Shown here: positions 1-8,640 of the stretch, piece by piece
Position numbering within the stretch: the first letter of the stretch is position 1
How the letters are laid out: each line of letters starts with the position of its first letter
NCBI GenBank assembly: GCA_963663805.2
Contig: CAXXMR010000021.1
Location: 1-21,580 of the forward strand
Origin: Sedimentisphaerales bacterium
GTDB taxonomy: Bacteria > Planctomycetota > Phycisphaerae > Sedimentisphaerales > SM23-30
Direction of reading: 5' to 3'
DNA: 21,580 nucleotides
Translations under genes and position numbers: made by a program
Notes under the pieces: model-generated
The model's input: the letters and a program-made list of their open reading frames with translations, nothing else
What the model was told of the DNA's origin: nothing
Databases searched by the model: none

Positions 1-1
1 T

Positions 2-2269
2 ACAAGTGTCGGCATTGTATATGTTGGTGGGTTGGTGGGGCTCGCCGTGGGTAATATCAGTGAATGCTATACCACTGGTGATGTTGACAGCGGGACCGGA
101 GACCGTGCCGGTGGTTTAGTGGCTCAGGCAAGTGGGCTGGTGACAGACTGCTACGCGACCGGTAATGTCAGCGGTACCAATATTGTTGGTGGTTTGGTGG
201 GGATTACCGGCGACAGTGATGTGCAAGTCAATAACTGCTATGCGACAGGTACGGTAACGGGTGCTTCGTATGTCGGTGCCGTGGTTGGCTGGCGTTATCG
301 AGGGGCGATCAATACCTGTTTTTGGGATAGTGAAACAAGTGGTACAAGCGTAGGTGTTGGCAGCGGTGGGGGGGATGCCACTGGCAAAACAAACGCTGAG
401 ATGAAAACAGAGTCAACTTTTACCGGTGCAGGATGGGATTTCACTGATGTATGGTATATGTCCTCGCCGTCGAGCGATTTTGCCGGTTATCCCGCCCTGG
501 AGATGGAATACGTCCTTTGGGGCGCTCTTGAGAAGGGCGATTTGTTGTGGAGTGAGGAACTGGGTCTGTGGAGTACGGTTGTTGGCGACACTCGCAAACA
601 TTCAAGTTGGTTTACGACATCGACCCTGCTGCTGGCGGGCCGATATGGTATCCTGAATGATTCCAGAGTTGAATCTGTTCTTCAGGGGCTGTATGAAATG
701 CAAAACTCTAATGGGGCGATCAAATCCTATTACGAAGATCCCGGCATTGCGGACTATAACATGTCATTCTTTGTCTGCCGCGGATTGCTGTTGCTGCGTC
801 ATGCTTATGCTTCAGAGTTGGGTGTGGATGCTTTAGCGAAGCTGGACCAGGTTCTTAATAAGTTTTACGGTCATTTATATTACCTGGCGATGCTTTACAA
901 TGTTCGTTATCCAAACGCGTATCTGGGCCAGATGATTTGCACAAAACTCATCCAGGAATTGTACGCGATGACAGGCCCTGAAGTTGCCGATATTGAGTTG
1001 AAGATGCTTGAAGCCGCTCAGTACTGGCGGGATAACGAATGGGGCTGGGGTGAGCATCTGAGCGATACTTACGCGGGCGTCTCGGTCGATTTTATTTCGG
1101 AATATCTATTGTTCACTAATGATGACAGCCAGAGCCAGATATACTCGGAATACGAAGACTTGATGGCAGAGCTTCTGTTTATCGAAGATAGTGTCGGGAC
1201 GGGCCCGCGTGTGCCCGCGATACGCAGTTATGCTTTCAGCGGCAGAAGTATCAGGATCAACTACCGCGATACGGTTGTTCCCTGGCGAGACTCTATGGCC
1301 TTGACGTTGAACCACTTTTACCGCGAAAGCTATTTGATGCATGCCCTGTATTATGAAAAAGGCTGGACCGATATTCAACCGCCGGTCAGTCCGGTTGCGA
1401 CAAATATGAGTGTCGCCTGTTTTGATGGGGCGGTAGCGACAGGCTATATAGAGGACAATATTCGTCTGGGTTCAATGTCTAATTATCCTATCATGGATGG
1501 TATTGAACACCTTACCTGGGGCCTGTCGTGGCAATGTTACCCCGTGACTTTATGGAAACCGCAGGGCGACTGGGCGTTTCTACAGTGGCAAACCGTTGAG
1601 GACGGCCAGGTCAGAGCTCATCCCGCCAATTATAATGGCGGTCCGGTGGCTTTGACATTGTCAGTAGATCCTCCATATGTTGGTGAAACATATAGTTATC
1701 AAAATGGCGGTAATGTTCTGGTGGTAAGAATTATGCCGCAAATTGCCGGCTCCTGGCAAAGTGTCTCAGACCTGTTTAAACTCACTAACCGTACGGCTTC
1801 GGTGGAGTCTTGTCCGCTTGGTGCAGGTTTCGAACAGCTCCTGCTGAAATATGCCGATCGTACGGTTAGTGTCGGTATGATCCCGATTACAGGTCAGCCA
1901 TTTCCGCGGATGTGGTATGAGGATAACACGCTGTATTGGGGAACGTTTTGTTCCGGTACCGAGTTGGCCGCTCAGGAAACTCATGCCGTTATCAATCTTT
2001 GGGGCATTTCTCTTGACGGCGAAATAACGCGAGGTCCGCACATTGAAGTTGTTGAGCCGATTGACCCGTCAAGAACAGAGGCTATGCAGAAAAGGAATAT
2101 CAAATGGGCTTGGCCTAATGGTGAAGTTTGGTGTGTTCAGATTGACCCTCTGTCAGAAGATGTTATCGATGTATATGATATTTTCCCGTTGAATCAGGCA
2201 GATTTTAATGTTGACGGCAGTGTCGATATTCTCGATTTGACAAGATTTGTAAGTGAATGGCTTCAATGA
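2..2269 (+). CDS. GLUG-repeat protein with a large unrecognised central domain and C-terminal dockerin-like motif (5' partial; begins upstream of window)
   Basis: Frame is open from base 2 (TSVGIVYVGGLVGL...), so TTG at 32 is unlikely to be the start. Has VGGLVG/CYATGxV repeats, the GLUG cap FWDSETSG...GKTNAEMK...GWDF...GYPAL, and C-terminal ADFNVDGSVDILDLTRFVSEWLQ. Confidence 0.85.
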   Translation, partial: TSVGIVYVGGLVGLAVGNISECYTTGDVDSGTGDRAGGLVAQASGLVTDCYATGNVSGTNIVGGLVGITGDSDVQVNNCYATGTVTGASYVGAVVGWRYRGAINTCFWDSETSGTSVGVGSGGGDATGKTNAEMKTESTFTGAGWDFTDVWYMSSPSSDFAGYPALEMEYVLWGALEKGDLLWSEELGLWSTVVGDTRKHSSWFTTSTLLLAGRYGILNDSRVESVLQGLYEMQNSNGAIKSYYEDPGIADYNMSFFVCRGLLLLRHAYASELGVDALAKLDQVLNKFYGHLYYLAMLYNVRYPNAYLGQMICTKLIQELYAMTGPEVADIELKMLEAAQYWRDNEWGWGEHLSDTYAGVSVDFISEYLLFTNDDSQSQIYSEYEDLMAELLFIEDSVGTGPRVPAIRSYAFSGRSIRINYRDTVVPWRDSMALTLNHFYRESYLMHALYYEKGWTDIQPPVSPVATNMSVACFDGAVATGYIEDNIRLGSMSNYPIMDGIEHLTWGLSWQCYPVTLWKPQGDWAFLQWQTVEDGQVRAHPANYNGGPVALTLSVDPPYVGETYSYQNGGNVLVVRIMPQIAGSWQSVSDLFKLTNRTASVESCPLGAGFEQLLLKYADRTVSVGMIPITGQPFPRMWYEDNTLYWGTFCSGTELAAQETHAVINLWGISLDGEITRGPHIEVVEPIDPSRTEAMQKRNIKWAWPNGEVWCVQIDPLSEDVIDVYDIFPLNQADFNVDGSVDILDLTRFVSEWLQ
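5..500 (+). repeat. Diverged paralogous segment, copy 1 (copy 2 at ~3261-3765)
   Basis: Colinear peptides: YVGGLVGLA, GDVDSGTGDRAGGLVAQ vs GDVDGGTGQRAGGLVAQ, RYRG, CFWDSETSGTSVGVGSGGGDATGKTNAEMKT vs CFWDTETSGTTVGVGSGGGEATGKTTAEMKT, GYPAL vs GYPVL. Confidence 0.85.
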
Positions 2270-2402
2270 TTATGCAATCATATTGTAATTGGGCCCAATA
2301 GCAATTTGGCGGCATAGGATTTGTAGTAATGTTTTTGGAGACGTAACCTTATAGAAGTAAGGTGAGTTGTATTTGGAACCATTTTTTGGAAAGGATGGAA
2401 CA

Positions 2403-3869
2403 ATGAGAAATGTATTGAGTTTTGTTTTAGTGCTAACAATGAGCGGGCTGGTTTTCGGCTTTGCTGGTGGCGACGGTTCATCTAGCGCTCCCTATCAAGT
2501 GTCAACCGTGGCGGATATTGATGCCATCGATGCCGAGCCCGATGCAAGCTATATCATGATTAACGATATTGATCTTGTGGGTATAACTTATGACAAGGCA
2601 CCGATCGGCGCGTTGATGTTTGACGAAGAAAGTGAACCTATCGGTACTGCGTTTGAAGGAACCTTTGATGGTGCCGGTTATGTTATCAAGAATCTCTCGG
2701 TTACGGATACTGAAGCCCGGGCGGCGGGTCTTTTTGGTACGGTTTCGTCGAGTGCGGTTGTGCAAAATCTCGGAATTGAAGGTGCCAGTGTAAGTGCCAA
2801 TTCTAATGCCGGTTCGCTTGTAGGAAACACTACTGGTAGCATATTCAATTGCTATCTGTCATATACCCCTGGCGATCCTAATAACAGTGTTGTTGGTACT
2901 GTATGTGTCGGTGGTTTAATTGGCGTTGCTTCTACAGGTGCAAACGTAACGGACTGCTGGGCCGAGACGGACGTAACAGGAGAAAGTCAGGTGGGTGGTT
3001 TGATTGGCCAAAGTCGCGAATCAATTACAAATTGTTACGCAATTAGCCGAGTTAAGGCGACCATAGGGACAGATGCGTATGCCGGTGGATTAATTGGTCT
3101 TCAATTTTCCGGAACGGTCAGCGATTGCTATGCCACCGGTAAAGTTACCGCGACTGGTATTCGGATTGGTGGCTTGGTAGGCCAGTTGGGATACACCAGC
3201 ACAACCGGAAGCACAATTGATAATTGTTATGCGACCGGCGATGTAAAGTATACCGGCATAACTACCGGCATTTCATATGTTGGCGGTTTGGTTGGTCTTG
3301 CAGGTCTGGGTGATATTAGTGATTGCTACGCAACTGGTGATGTCGATGGCGGTACCGGACAGCGTGCTGGCGGTTTAGTGGCCCAAACAAATAAGTTGGT
3401 GGAAAACTGTTATGCAACCGGTAGTGTTAGCGGTTTGAATACGATTGGCGGTGTTGTGGCTATAACTGGCGATACTCCTGCCAAAGTCAAGAATTGCTAT
3501 GCGACCGGTACGGTGACAGGTGACGCGACCGTAGGTGGTGTGGCCGGCCTTCGCTATAGAGGTGGCATTTATGAATGTTTTTGGGATACCGAAACAAGCG
3601 GTACGACTGTAGGTGTCGGTAGTGGCGGCGGTGAGGCAACAGGTAAAACTACCGCGGAGATGAAAACTAAATCAACCTTCACCGATGCCGGCTGGCCTTT
3701 TGATTTTAATAATCCCTGGCTGATGCCGCAAATTACTCCGGAGTTTGAAGGTTACCCTGTGCTTGCGTGGCAAGTTGGTTTAAGCATGTGTGATTTTAAT
3801 CAGGATGGTATTGTTGATATGGCTGACTTTGTTGTGTTTTCTGGCGAGTGGTTGTCTGAGGCATACTAA
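2403..3869 (+). CDS. Secreted GLUG-repeat (probable beta-helix) protein with C-terminal dockerin-like motif
   Basis: ATG 2403 follows GGAAAGGA and gives a signal peptide (MRNVLSFVLVLTMSGLVFG) then FAGGDGS..PYQV and FEGTFDGAGYVIKNL. About nine GGLVG...NCYATG repeats; ends CDFNQDGIVDMADFVVFSGEWL. Confidence 0.88.
   Translation: MRNVLSFVLVLTMSGLVFGFAGGDGSSSAPYQVSTVADIDAIDAEPDASYIMINDIDLVGITYDKAPIGALMFDEESEPIGTAFEGTFDGAGYVIKNLSVTDTEARAAGLFGTVSSSAVVQNLGIEGASVSANSNAGSLVGNTTGSIFNCYLSYTPGDPNNSVVGTVCVGGLIGVASTGANVTDCWAETDVTGESQVGGLIGQSRESITNCYAISRVKATIGTDAYAGGLIGLQFSGTVSDCYATGKVTATGIRIGGLVGQLGYTSTTGSTIDNCYATGDVKYTGITTGISYVGGLVGLAGLGDISDCYATGDVDGGTGQRAGGLVAQTNKLVENCYATGSVSGLNTIGGVVAITGDTPAKVKNCYATGTVTGDATVGGVAGLRYRGGIYECFWDTETSGTTVGVGSGGGEATGKTTAEMKTKSTFTDAGWPFDFNNPWLMPQITPEFEGYPVLAWQVGLSMCDFNQDGIVDMADFVVFSGEWLSEAY
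3261..3765 (+). repeat. Diverged paralogous segment, copy 2 (copy 1 at ~5-500)
   Basis: Same colinear peptide blocks as 5-500, with many synonymous differences. Confidence 0.85.
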
Positions 3870-3912
3870 GTCGCGAAGTAAGTTGTATCAAGTGTAGATT
3901 GGATTAAGTAAC

Positions 3913-3957
3913 AGCATAACATCGTTGACTGCTCATGTTGGCGATGTTATGCTTTTT
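3913..3957 (+). terminator. Intrinsic terminator after the GLUG genes
   Basis: Perfect 12-bp stem AGCATAACATCG (3913-3924) / CGATGTTATGCT (3942-3953), extendable by TTGAC/GTTGG with G-U pairs, ending in a T5 run; starts 44 nt after the stop. Confidence 0.75.
3925..3953 (+). promoter_or_regulatory. Putative sigma70 promoter for the symporter-oxidoreductase operon
   Basis: TTGACT (3925-3930), 17-nt spacer, TATGCT (3948-3953), extended -10 TG at 3945-3946. Confidence 0.5.
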
Positions 3958-4022
3958 ATAAGCTATTTAGGTAGGGTATTATTTTTTCAAGCGACCTCGG
4001 CAAATATAATAAGGTATTTTGG

Positions 4023-6230
4023 ATGTTTGGACTTGATATTGCGGACATAATAGTTATTGCGGCATACTTTGTTGGTATCATATATATTGGCTTTCGGTCG
4101 ATGGTTCGGATTAAGGACCAGGAGGATTACTTCCTGGCGGGTCGGCGTCTTGGAAAACTGATTCAAACTTTCGCGGCGTTTGGTCAGGCGACCAGTACCG
4201 ATTCCGCGGTTGCTATCGCGACCACGACTTTCCGGGATGGTGCCGGGGGGATTTCAGCCGGGCTGTTAATGATTTTTGCGACACCGATTTATTGGATAAT
4301 TTCGCCCTGGTACCGTCGTATGCGACTATTGACGCTGGGTGATTTTTTTCAGGAGAGGTTCGGTTCCGCGGCGATGTCGGCAGCCTACGCGTTGATCTGG
4401 TCGCTTGGGCTTATGCTTTTTCTTTCCGTGGGTTTTAACGCGATTGGCAAAACCACCATGGCCCTGACGCCCAAAGAGCAGACCCAGTTTACAATAGAGC
4501 AGCAGCAGGAATATGCCCGGGCGGTCGAACTGGAACAGCTTGAGCAGGAAGACTATTCCCTTCTGAGTGAACAGCAAAAAATCCCGTTTTGGAAAACCTT
4601 GCGTCAGGAAAAAGCCCGGCAAAGTGTTCAGCCACCTCAGCAAAACCATGCTGATTCTGATCATCTCCATTGTGGTTGTGATTTATGCTGTCGCGGGTGG
4701 TCTTGAGGCCGCTTACCTGACTGATTACAATTCAGGGGATAGGCAATTATATTGCTTTTCGGTTATTCTGATACCTTTTGTACTCATAAAAAACGAATCA
4801 GGTGTATGGCGGCAGCGGGTTTGCTTGGACCGTTTGAAAATACTGCATGATAAAACTACCCGAATCATTCTTCGAAGTGTTCGGTTCGCCGTCAAACATA
4901 CAGTTTACCTGGTATTATCTGTTAGCTATCATGGTAATGTGTACGATTAACGTTGCGGTCCAGCCTAATCAGCTAACCGCCAATGCCTCTGCCAAGGATG
5001 AAAAATACCGCTCGTTCTGGTTTTCACGATAGGCTTATATCTCAAGCGTTTTTTGTACGGTTTTTATGGGGAATCGTCGCATTATTCGCGATACTGCTTT
5101 ATTCGCGATTCCGTCCGTGACCCTGATCTGGTTTGGGGGTACACATCTTATAAGTTGCTGGGTGGGACTGGGAGTTGGTCTGGTCGGACTCATGCTCGCG
5201 TGCCTGGTTTGCTGCCTTGATGTCAACGGCTGATGCCCTCATGATTACGGCTTCGGGATTGCTGACGCATAATTTTTTATCGGCAGGTTGTGCCGAATCG
5301 CTCCGAAGGCCATTATGTTTTTGTGGGCAGAATATTTGGCTCTGTAGTAATTCTGGGTGGTGCTTTGCTGGCATTAAACTTCCAAAGCCTTCTTCAGCAG
5401 ATAAAATTAAGCTGGGAAATGGGGATTGTTTTCGCTGCTCCTTTCTGGTTCGGAGTCCTTTGGCGCAGAGCGAATAAAAAAAATCCGCCTGGGCCTCGAT
5501 AATCATTTCTTTAGTGGTTTTTTTTGTGGTGCCGGTAGGCCTGCCTATGGTCAATTCTGGTTTAAGAACAAGTCCGTATCTGCTCAGGCAGACCGATCCT
5601 GAGCCGGTTGAAAGGCAGTATACCGCCCGTGAAATGGATGTACAAATCAGAGATGAAAAAATAACTCAATGGGACAAACTTACTCTGGAGGGCAAATCGT
5701 CCGGCAAAAGGCCTGAACCGATTGAGGTCGGCCAGATATTTACCAAAGTCTATCAGCAGCCCCGAAAGTCTATTTTCTGGACCGAAGATATCCAGGTCGA
5801 TAAAAATGGCCAGGCTCGCGGTCAGGGCATGTTGAATATTACTCTGATTCTGTACGAAAAGCTGGGAGCGGACCTGTCTAAAATGTCTTACGCGATGAAC
5901 GAGACCCTGCGACTGCTGAGCAGAATTATCCTTCCGTTTTTGGTAATGATCGTGGTAAGTTATTTCTCTAAAGAAGATAACAAAGAGGCCCTGGACCGAT
6001 TCTTTGTCAAGATGAAAACCAAAGTAAAGGCCGACAGGGCGGCGGACCAGCAGCAATTGCAGCTTTCGTATGATAACCCTCACCGCTTTGATCACCTGAA
6101 GATGTTCCCGAACACAAAATGGGAATTCTGCCAATGGGACCGTGAGGATATAGTTGGATTTTCCGTATCTTTCGTCATAGCTTTTGCGATCATTGGATTT
6201 TTGTATGTATTAGTAAATCTGGGCGGCTAG
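4023..6230 (+). CDS. Sodium:solute symporter (SSS) family protein, multiply frameshifted as given (probably sequencing error; pseudogene not excluded)
   Basis: SSS motifs in order across frames: DYFLAGRRLG, TLGDFFQERFG, YAVAGGLEAAYLTD, QLTANASAKDE, AALMSTAD, GVLWRRAN. Manually removing ~21 bases between ~4575 and ~5483 restores one ~728-aa frame. Confidence 0.85.
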
Positions 6231-6248
6231 CGTAAAAAGGTTTGTTTT

Positions 6249-7271
6249 GTGGATAAATTAAAAGTTGTTAGCATAGGCGGTTTTGGTCATTCCGGTTTTG
6301 TGTTTGATGATATGATGGATATGTCGGAAGCGGAGCTTTGTGCGCTTGCCCCTGCATACGATGGGGAAGACATTAGCGCATTCTGCAACCATCCGATTTG
6401 TCAAAATAAGGCTGTATTTGCTAATTACAGTGAAATGCTGGAAAAGGTCAAGCCCAATGTCGCTGTTATAAGTACAAGACTGGATTTGATTGCGGATATC
6501 GCGATTCAGACGGCCCGGTCAGGCTGCCACCTTATTTGCGAAAAACCTCTGGCATTAAATCCAGACAAACTCCAGCAGCTTTTCGAAGTTGTTCAGGAAA
6601 CTAAAGTAAAGCTCGCGGCCATGCTTTCAATGCGTATGGAACCTCAATTTGTCGCCGCTCATAATGTATATCAAATCGGCACTATCGGCGAAGCCGTGAT
6701 GGTCAACGGCAGAAAAAGCTATAAATGGGGTTCACGTCCCGAATGGTTTGGCGACATGAAAAAGTACGGCGGCACCATCGGCTGGATAGGTATTCACGCG
6801 TTCGATTTTATTAATTACATCACCGGCCTGGAATTTACTTCTGTTTCAGCGATAGGAGGCAATTCCAATCATCCAGAAAGGAAGGCCTGTGATGATAATT
6901 GCGGTATTATTGCCGAGATGAGTAACGGTGGGCATGGAACAATAAGCGTCGACCTTTTTAGGCCCGAAGCTGCTGAAACCTGGGGCGATGACTGGATAAG
7001 AATTGTCGGCACAAAAGGTATTATCGAAGCTAGGGGCTCGGACTTTACTTGTAAATTACATAGCGATGGCAAAGAGCCGGTAAATATCGAACTGTCCTCG
7101 AAACCCAGAATATTTAGCGATTTTCTGCTGAGTTTGCAGGATAACAGAAAAACAGCACTTGGAATGTATGAGTCATTCATGCTCACGCACACCTGCCATT
7201 GTGCCCAGATAGCTTTAGAACGAAAAACAACGATTGATGTAGATAACAGCAAATGGAATTTTAGTATATAG
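6249..7271 (+). CDS. Gfo/Idh/MocA family NAD(P)-dependent oxidoreductase
   Basis: Rossmann VVSIGGFGH, CEKP motif, GGTIGWIGIHAFD; GTG start after AAAAGG. Confidence 0.9.
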   Translation: MDKLKVVSIGGFGHSGFVFDDMMDMSEAELCALAPAYDGEDISAFCNHPICQNKAVFANYSEMLEKVKPNVAVISTRLDLIADIAIQTARSGCHLICEKPLALNPDKLQQLFEVVQETKVKLAAMLSMRMEPQFVAAHNVYQIGTIGEAVMVNGRKSYKWGSRPEWFGDMKKYGGTIGWIGIHAFDFINYITGLEFTSVSAIGGNSNHPERKACDDNCGIIAEMSNGGHGTISVDLFRPEAAETWGDDWIRIVGTKGIIEARGSDFTCKLHSDGKEPVNIELSSKPRIFSDFLLSLQDNRKTALGMYESFMLTHTCHCAQIALERKTTIDVDNSKWNFSI

Positions 7272-7279
7272 AGGATGTA

Positions 7280-8475
7280 ATGGTAAAATTAGCGATGATA
7301 GGAGCCGGCGGTTACGCCTTTGAGCTTATAAGACGAATCTGGCAAATTCCGGAAAAGATCGAGTTGGTTGGTGTCTCCAGCAATCCCGCTCGTCAAAGTG
7401 TTGGTCGCGACGCATGCCTGGACCGGAATATTCCGGTTTATGACAGTGTTGACCAGCTTCTGGAGAATGTTGCCGGTAAAGCGGATGTGGTATTTGTGCC
7501 GACTCCCATTCAGACTCATTTTAGTCTGACGAAAAAATGTCTGGAAGTAGGTTTTGATGTTTGGCTCGAAAAACCTCCCGTCGCCACCATACAGGAGCTT
7601 GACAAACTTATTGAATTGGCTCAGCAGCACGGCAAGAAAAAATACCGGTAGCCTTCCAGACGCTGTATACAACTATTATGACTCAGCTCAAAGAACGTAT
7701 TGTGAGCGGAGAGTTCGGAAAAGTAATACAGGTGAAAGGAATGGCCGGTTGGCCAAGATATGATTCATATTATAGTCGAAGCGGATGGGCCGGCAAGCTC
7801 AAGGCTGACGACACCTGGGTATTGGACGGTACAATCAATAACCCTCTGGCCCACATGCTAAGTAATGAACTGTATCTTGCCTCCATGAAGCCCGGCGTAA
7901 TGGCCGAGCCGCTATCGGTTGAAGCGGAATTGTATCGTGGTCATGATATTGAAAGTGAAGACACCAGCAGTGTTAGAATTATAACTAAAGATGGCCCGGA
8001 AGTGCTTTTCAATGCTTCGTTATGTTCAAGCGCCGAAATTGACCCTATAACAACGATTAAATGTGAAAAGGCTGAGATTGAATATGTTAATTTCAATAAT
8101 GTCCAAATTAAATTTAATGACGGTCGAACAGATGAAATTGTAGATGATAATGAACAGCGAATCTATATGCTTGAAAAACTGGCGGATGGTTTCGAGCAGG
8201 GTGGAAATTACGCTGCCACTGTCGAAACGTGTCGACCTTTTACCCTTGCGGTCAATGGCGCATTTGAGTCTTGTGGCCGACCTGTCGGTATCCCCGAACA
8301 GTATATTAGCCATGTTGAACAAGGAGATGATGTCAAGACGATCATAAAGAATCTTGACCATATCCTTGAACAAGCCCATCTTGAAGGCAGGCTTTTCTCG
8401 GAAATAAACGTTGAGTGGGCCGCAAAATCAAAAGTTTTTACTCTGGCAAACTATAAAGAATTCGCGATGAAGTGA
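7280..8475 (+). CDS. Gfo/Idh/MocA family oxidoreductase, one frameshift at the A6 run 7637-7642
   Basis: ORF 7280-7651 has IGAGGYA and LEKPP. The frame of ORF 7678-8475 continues from 7642 as IPVAFQTLYTTIMTQLK...WPRYDSYY...DGTINNPLAH. Joined length ~397 aa; GAGG SD upstream. Confidence 0.85.
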
Positions 8476-8569
8476 GGCTTAACCTCAGCTCAGGAAAGGG
8501 ATTAACGTAATGGGCAGGAGATTTATGAATAAAAGACGGTGATTTACGGTTGCAGAAGAACAGCCATCC

Positions 8570-8598
8570 TTGATAAGGGGTTACCATAAAAGTACAAT
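8570..8598 (+). promoter_or_regulatory. Putative sigma70 promoter upstream of the AraC-fucosidase block
   Basis: TTGATA (8570-8575), 17 nt, TACAAT (8593-8598); 5/6 consensus match in each box. Confidence 0.65.
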
Positions 8599-8640
8599 GT
8601 AGGATTATGGCTAGAAAAAAAGTTGAAAGGTGGCTTTGAA

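Noticed and set aside
32..34. TTG start proposed for the first ORF
   Set aside because: The frame is open from base 2 and aligns mid-protein with the paralogue; the real start is upstream of the window.
2367..2402. TTG start at 2367
   Set aside because: ATG 2403 has an SD and gives a proper signal peptide.
2880..3600. Periodic DNA repeats (tgctatgcgaccggt-like) as a CRISPR or tandem array
   Set aside because: They encode the CYATG protein repeats and vary at synonymous positions.
4005..4010. Perfect TATAAT before the symporter
   Set aside because: No credible -35, and a transcript from it would lack the AAGG SD; the 3925-3953 candidate fits better.
4567..5502. Small + strand ORFs (4567-4950, 4847-5032, 5175-5477, 5290-5502) as separate genes, or as programmed recoding
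   Set aside because: They are consecutive fragments of one SSS gene; ~20 shifts are not plausible as recoding.
8473..8487. Small hairpin TGAGG-CTTAA-CCTCA at the oxidoreductase stop
   Set aside because: Only a 5-bp stem and no U-tract; too weak to call a terminator.
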